64,000 bases of DNA from Octopus sinensis. Its lineage: Eukaryota. Of the stretch, positions 61,488 to 64,000 are shown in pieces. Within the stretch, counting starts at the first letter, position 1, and each line of letters begins with the position of its first letter. The stretch covers positions 14,632,001-14,696,000 of the forward strand of contig NC_043006.1 in the NCBI RefSeq assembly GCF_006345805.1, read 5' to 3'. The notes under the pieces are model-generated. The model was not told the origin of the DNA, made no database searches, and saw nothing but the letters and a program-made list of their open reading frames with translations. A program made the translations under genes and the position numbers.

Positions 61488-62202
61488 AGGCAATTTTCAA
61501 ATTTATATTATATTATTCTTTCTTTTAATTACTTGTTTCAGTCATTTGACTGTGGCCATGCTGGAGCACCACCTTTAGTTAAGCAAATCAACCCCAGGAC
61601 TTATTCTTTGTAAGCCTAGTACTTATTCTATCGGTCTCTTTTGCTGAACCACTATTTTACATAAGCACACCAGCATCGGTTGTGAAGCGATACTGGGGAC
61701 ACACACACATATATATTTGATGGGCTTCTTTCAGTTTCTGTGTACCAAATCCGTTCACAAGGCTTTGGTCGGCCTGAGGCTATAGAAGACACTTGCCCAA
61801 GGTGCCACGCAGTGGGACTGAACCCAGAACCATGTGGTCAGTAAGCAAGCTACCTACCACACAACCACTCCTGCACCTATATTCAAATTTATATCATATT
61901 TCATCATTGCGGTCATCATTTTATCATTCATTTTACAATACCTACATTGATGGTATCTCCCATTCTTCCATTCTGGCTCCATTTATTGTGTAGCCTCCCA
62001 AGTTTATAACTTATAATGGATATCTTTAATTCAACATGATTTGCTTGGAAACAGGTGAGGGTTGGCAACAAGTAGGACATTGGCTGCAGAAAATTTGCCT
62101 CAACATATTCCAGTAAGAATGGAAAAGTGGATGTTAAAATGATGACAATGCTATGTATTTTATTACTGTATTATAATATTGTAATTATTTTTGCTTTTGC
62201 AG

Positions 62203-62443
62203 AGCTTGTCGAGGACGCCTAGTGACATTATCTGTGAGATTTCCTAACCAAGGGAGGCATATAGAAGATCTTGATATCTGGTCCCATACCAATGACACTT
62301 TAGGTTCTGTGAGACGACAGATTTTAAACAGAGTGAAAGTTAGCAGTAGTAGCATTAAAGTTGACATGTATGTTAATGGAGAGCTTCTAGATCCTAGTGA
62401 AGATAAAAAATTGATATCACAAATTCCTCTTCGAGATAGAACT
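62203..62443 (+). CDS. USP9X: USP9X coding exon 21 (ubiquitin-like region)
   Basis: ttgcag| ACRGRLVTLSVRFPNQGRHIEDLDIWSHTNDTLGSVRRQILNR...KKLISQIPLRDRT |gtaagt; 241 nt. Confidence 0.96.
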
Positions 62444-63500
62444 GTAAGTGGTAATCTCCTTGAAATGTTATATCTTCTTTTATGTAATTTCATTTCATGA
62501 CTCTGTAATCAAAAGACATCTCATAAAAAAGAAACGAAGAAAAAATGTACAGTTGTATTTTTTTTTGTTATTGATATTTTATCTTTGGATTTAAGGGGAA
62601 ATGCTGGCAAAATCATTAGCATGCCAGGCAAAATGCTTAGCAGTATTTTACTCTTTTACGTGTTTCAGTCATTTGACTGTGGCCATGCTGGAGCACCGCC
62701 TTTTTTAAGTCAAGCAAATTGACCCCAGGACTTATTCTTTGTAAGCCCAGTACTTATTCTGTCGGTCTCTTTTGCTGAACTGCTAGGTTACAGGGACGTA
62801 AACACACAGCATCGGTTGTCAAGCGATGTTGCGGGGACAAACACAGACACATACATATATATGACAGGATTCTTTCAGTTTCCGTCTACCAAATTCACTC
62901 ACAAGGTTTTGGTCAGCCTGAGGCTATAGTAGAAGACACTTGCCCAAGGTGACACGCAGTGGGACTGAACCTGGAACCATGTGGTTCATAAGCAAGCTAC
63001 TTACCACACAGCTACTCCTACGCCTTGTTCATCTTTATGTTCTGAGTTCAAATTCCATTGAGGTTGACTTCGCCTTTCATCCTTTTGGGGTTAGTTGAAC
63101 ACTGGAGTTGATGTAATCGACTCCTTTCCCCAAATTTCTGGCCTTGTGCCAAAATTGGAAACTTTAAATAAAAAGTATGAAAAGAGCAACATTTTGTGTA
63201 GAAAATGTTTCCGTAGTTGAAACGAAACAATGTATGTATATTTATGCCTGTGTATGTAAGTGTGTATATGTATTTCTGTGTCTATCTCTGTGTTTATTGT
63301 GAAGATCAGTTTGACTGGGTTTTCACAAACTTGACTCCATCACCAGTATAGAATCACACCAATTGTGAATAACAAATTGTTTAGATATCATTACTATTGT
63401 GTGTTTGCATTTATCAGTAATGAAAGAAAATTTTTTATGATTCTTATTAACATGTGAAGAAATATTTTTTTCATGAAGAAACCTCTTTTTTTTTTTTCAG

Positions 63501-63638
63501 GCCGTCTCGGCTAAATTGGTACAAGTTGGAAGTAATATGCCTTCCAGCCCAGACAGTAGTTCTGATAGCTCTGGAGGTTCTCCTCATAATACTTATGATG
63601 GACCTAACATAGAAGCTGAAAGCTGTCTGCCTGGTGTG
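63501..63638 (+). CDS. USP9X: USP9X coding exon 22
   Basis: ttttcag| [46 protein letters not shown] |gtaagt; 138 nt. Confidence 0.96.
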
Positions 63639-63683
63639 GTAAGTACATTATTGACTCAATATTTGTTACGTTTACAGAAATGA

Positions 63684-64000
63684 CTAGAAGTATCGCCCGG
63701 CGTTGCTCGGGTTTGTAAGGGAAATAACTATATAAGCATTTTTAGAGAGTTATAGCCAAAAATAGCAAAAAAAATGCATTAAAAATGGGAAAAAAAATGA
63801 TGGTAAATTTTTTTTTAAATCTTTGACTCATTGTAGACATTTTTAGAGAGTTACTTTCCTTATATAATAGCGGAAAAAATGCATTAAAATGGAAAAAAAT
63901 GATGGTAAATTATTTTTAAAATCGTAGACTCATCGTAGACGCGCGCTAATACCCCGAAGGACTCGATATGAATCACGACTATAAGATACCCGGTTTTGGT
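63684..64000 (-). mobile_element. Helitron-like element, 3' end (runs off the window)
   Basis: The minus strand ends with hairpin CCCGAGCAACGCCGGG, 8 nt, then CTAG followed by T, the canonical Helitron 3' terminus; internal duplicated A-rich block. Confidence 0.65.

Larger units (their letters stand above)
5395..63638 (+). other. USP9X: USP9X/fat facets-like ubiquitin carboxyl-terminal hydrolase gene, 5' portion (22 coding exons, about 1005 aa; continues beyond window)
   Basis: Spliced exons give an uninterrupted frame matching remembered USP9X/FAF motifs in order: [108 protein letters not shown]. All introns are GT-AG with compatible phases. Confidence 0.97.

Noticed and set aside
1-64000. 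Nested antisense gene, snoRNA/miRNA genes or U12-type introns
   Set aside because: No minus-strand ORF chain outside TE fragments; TGATGA motifs are explained by (GAT)n tails; all 21 introns have ordinary GT-AG U2-type ends.

Overview
AT-rich, repeat-dense animal genomic DNA. It is very probably from a coleoid cephalopod (Octopus), judged from SINE/LINE families recognised from memory rather than from a database search. One protein-coding gene explains the coding signal: the 5' part of a USP9X / fat facets (faf) deubiquitinase orthologue on the + strand. I traced 22 consecutive coding exons (5395-63638) with GT-AG borders and matching phases, totalling 3015 nt = 1005 codons with no stop. The gene runs off the right edge before the catalytic USP domain. 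The introns hold at least four tRNA-derived SINE families, 3' fragments of three RTE-clade LINE families, degraded CR1/L2-like and Penelope-like RT fragments, TTAA-flanked piggyBac-like MITEs, other fold-back elements, two Helitron-like ends, minisatellites and microsatellites. Nearly all other ORFs in the supplied track are repeat artefacts. I found no convincing wholly new gene system. The best second-look items are: (i) a covarying two-tier stem-loop at the RTE 3' end that is shared with a SINE subfamily; (ii) a 67-bp VNTR carried inside the RTE 3' UTR; (iii) several long intronic hairpins near exons (candidate ADAR substrates); (iv) a recursive-splice-like CAG|GTAATC acceptor and two in-frame alternative donors in USP9X; (v) a G-rich 158-bp satellite. 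Exon coordinates were counted by hand. Repeat boundaries are approximate.
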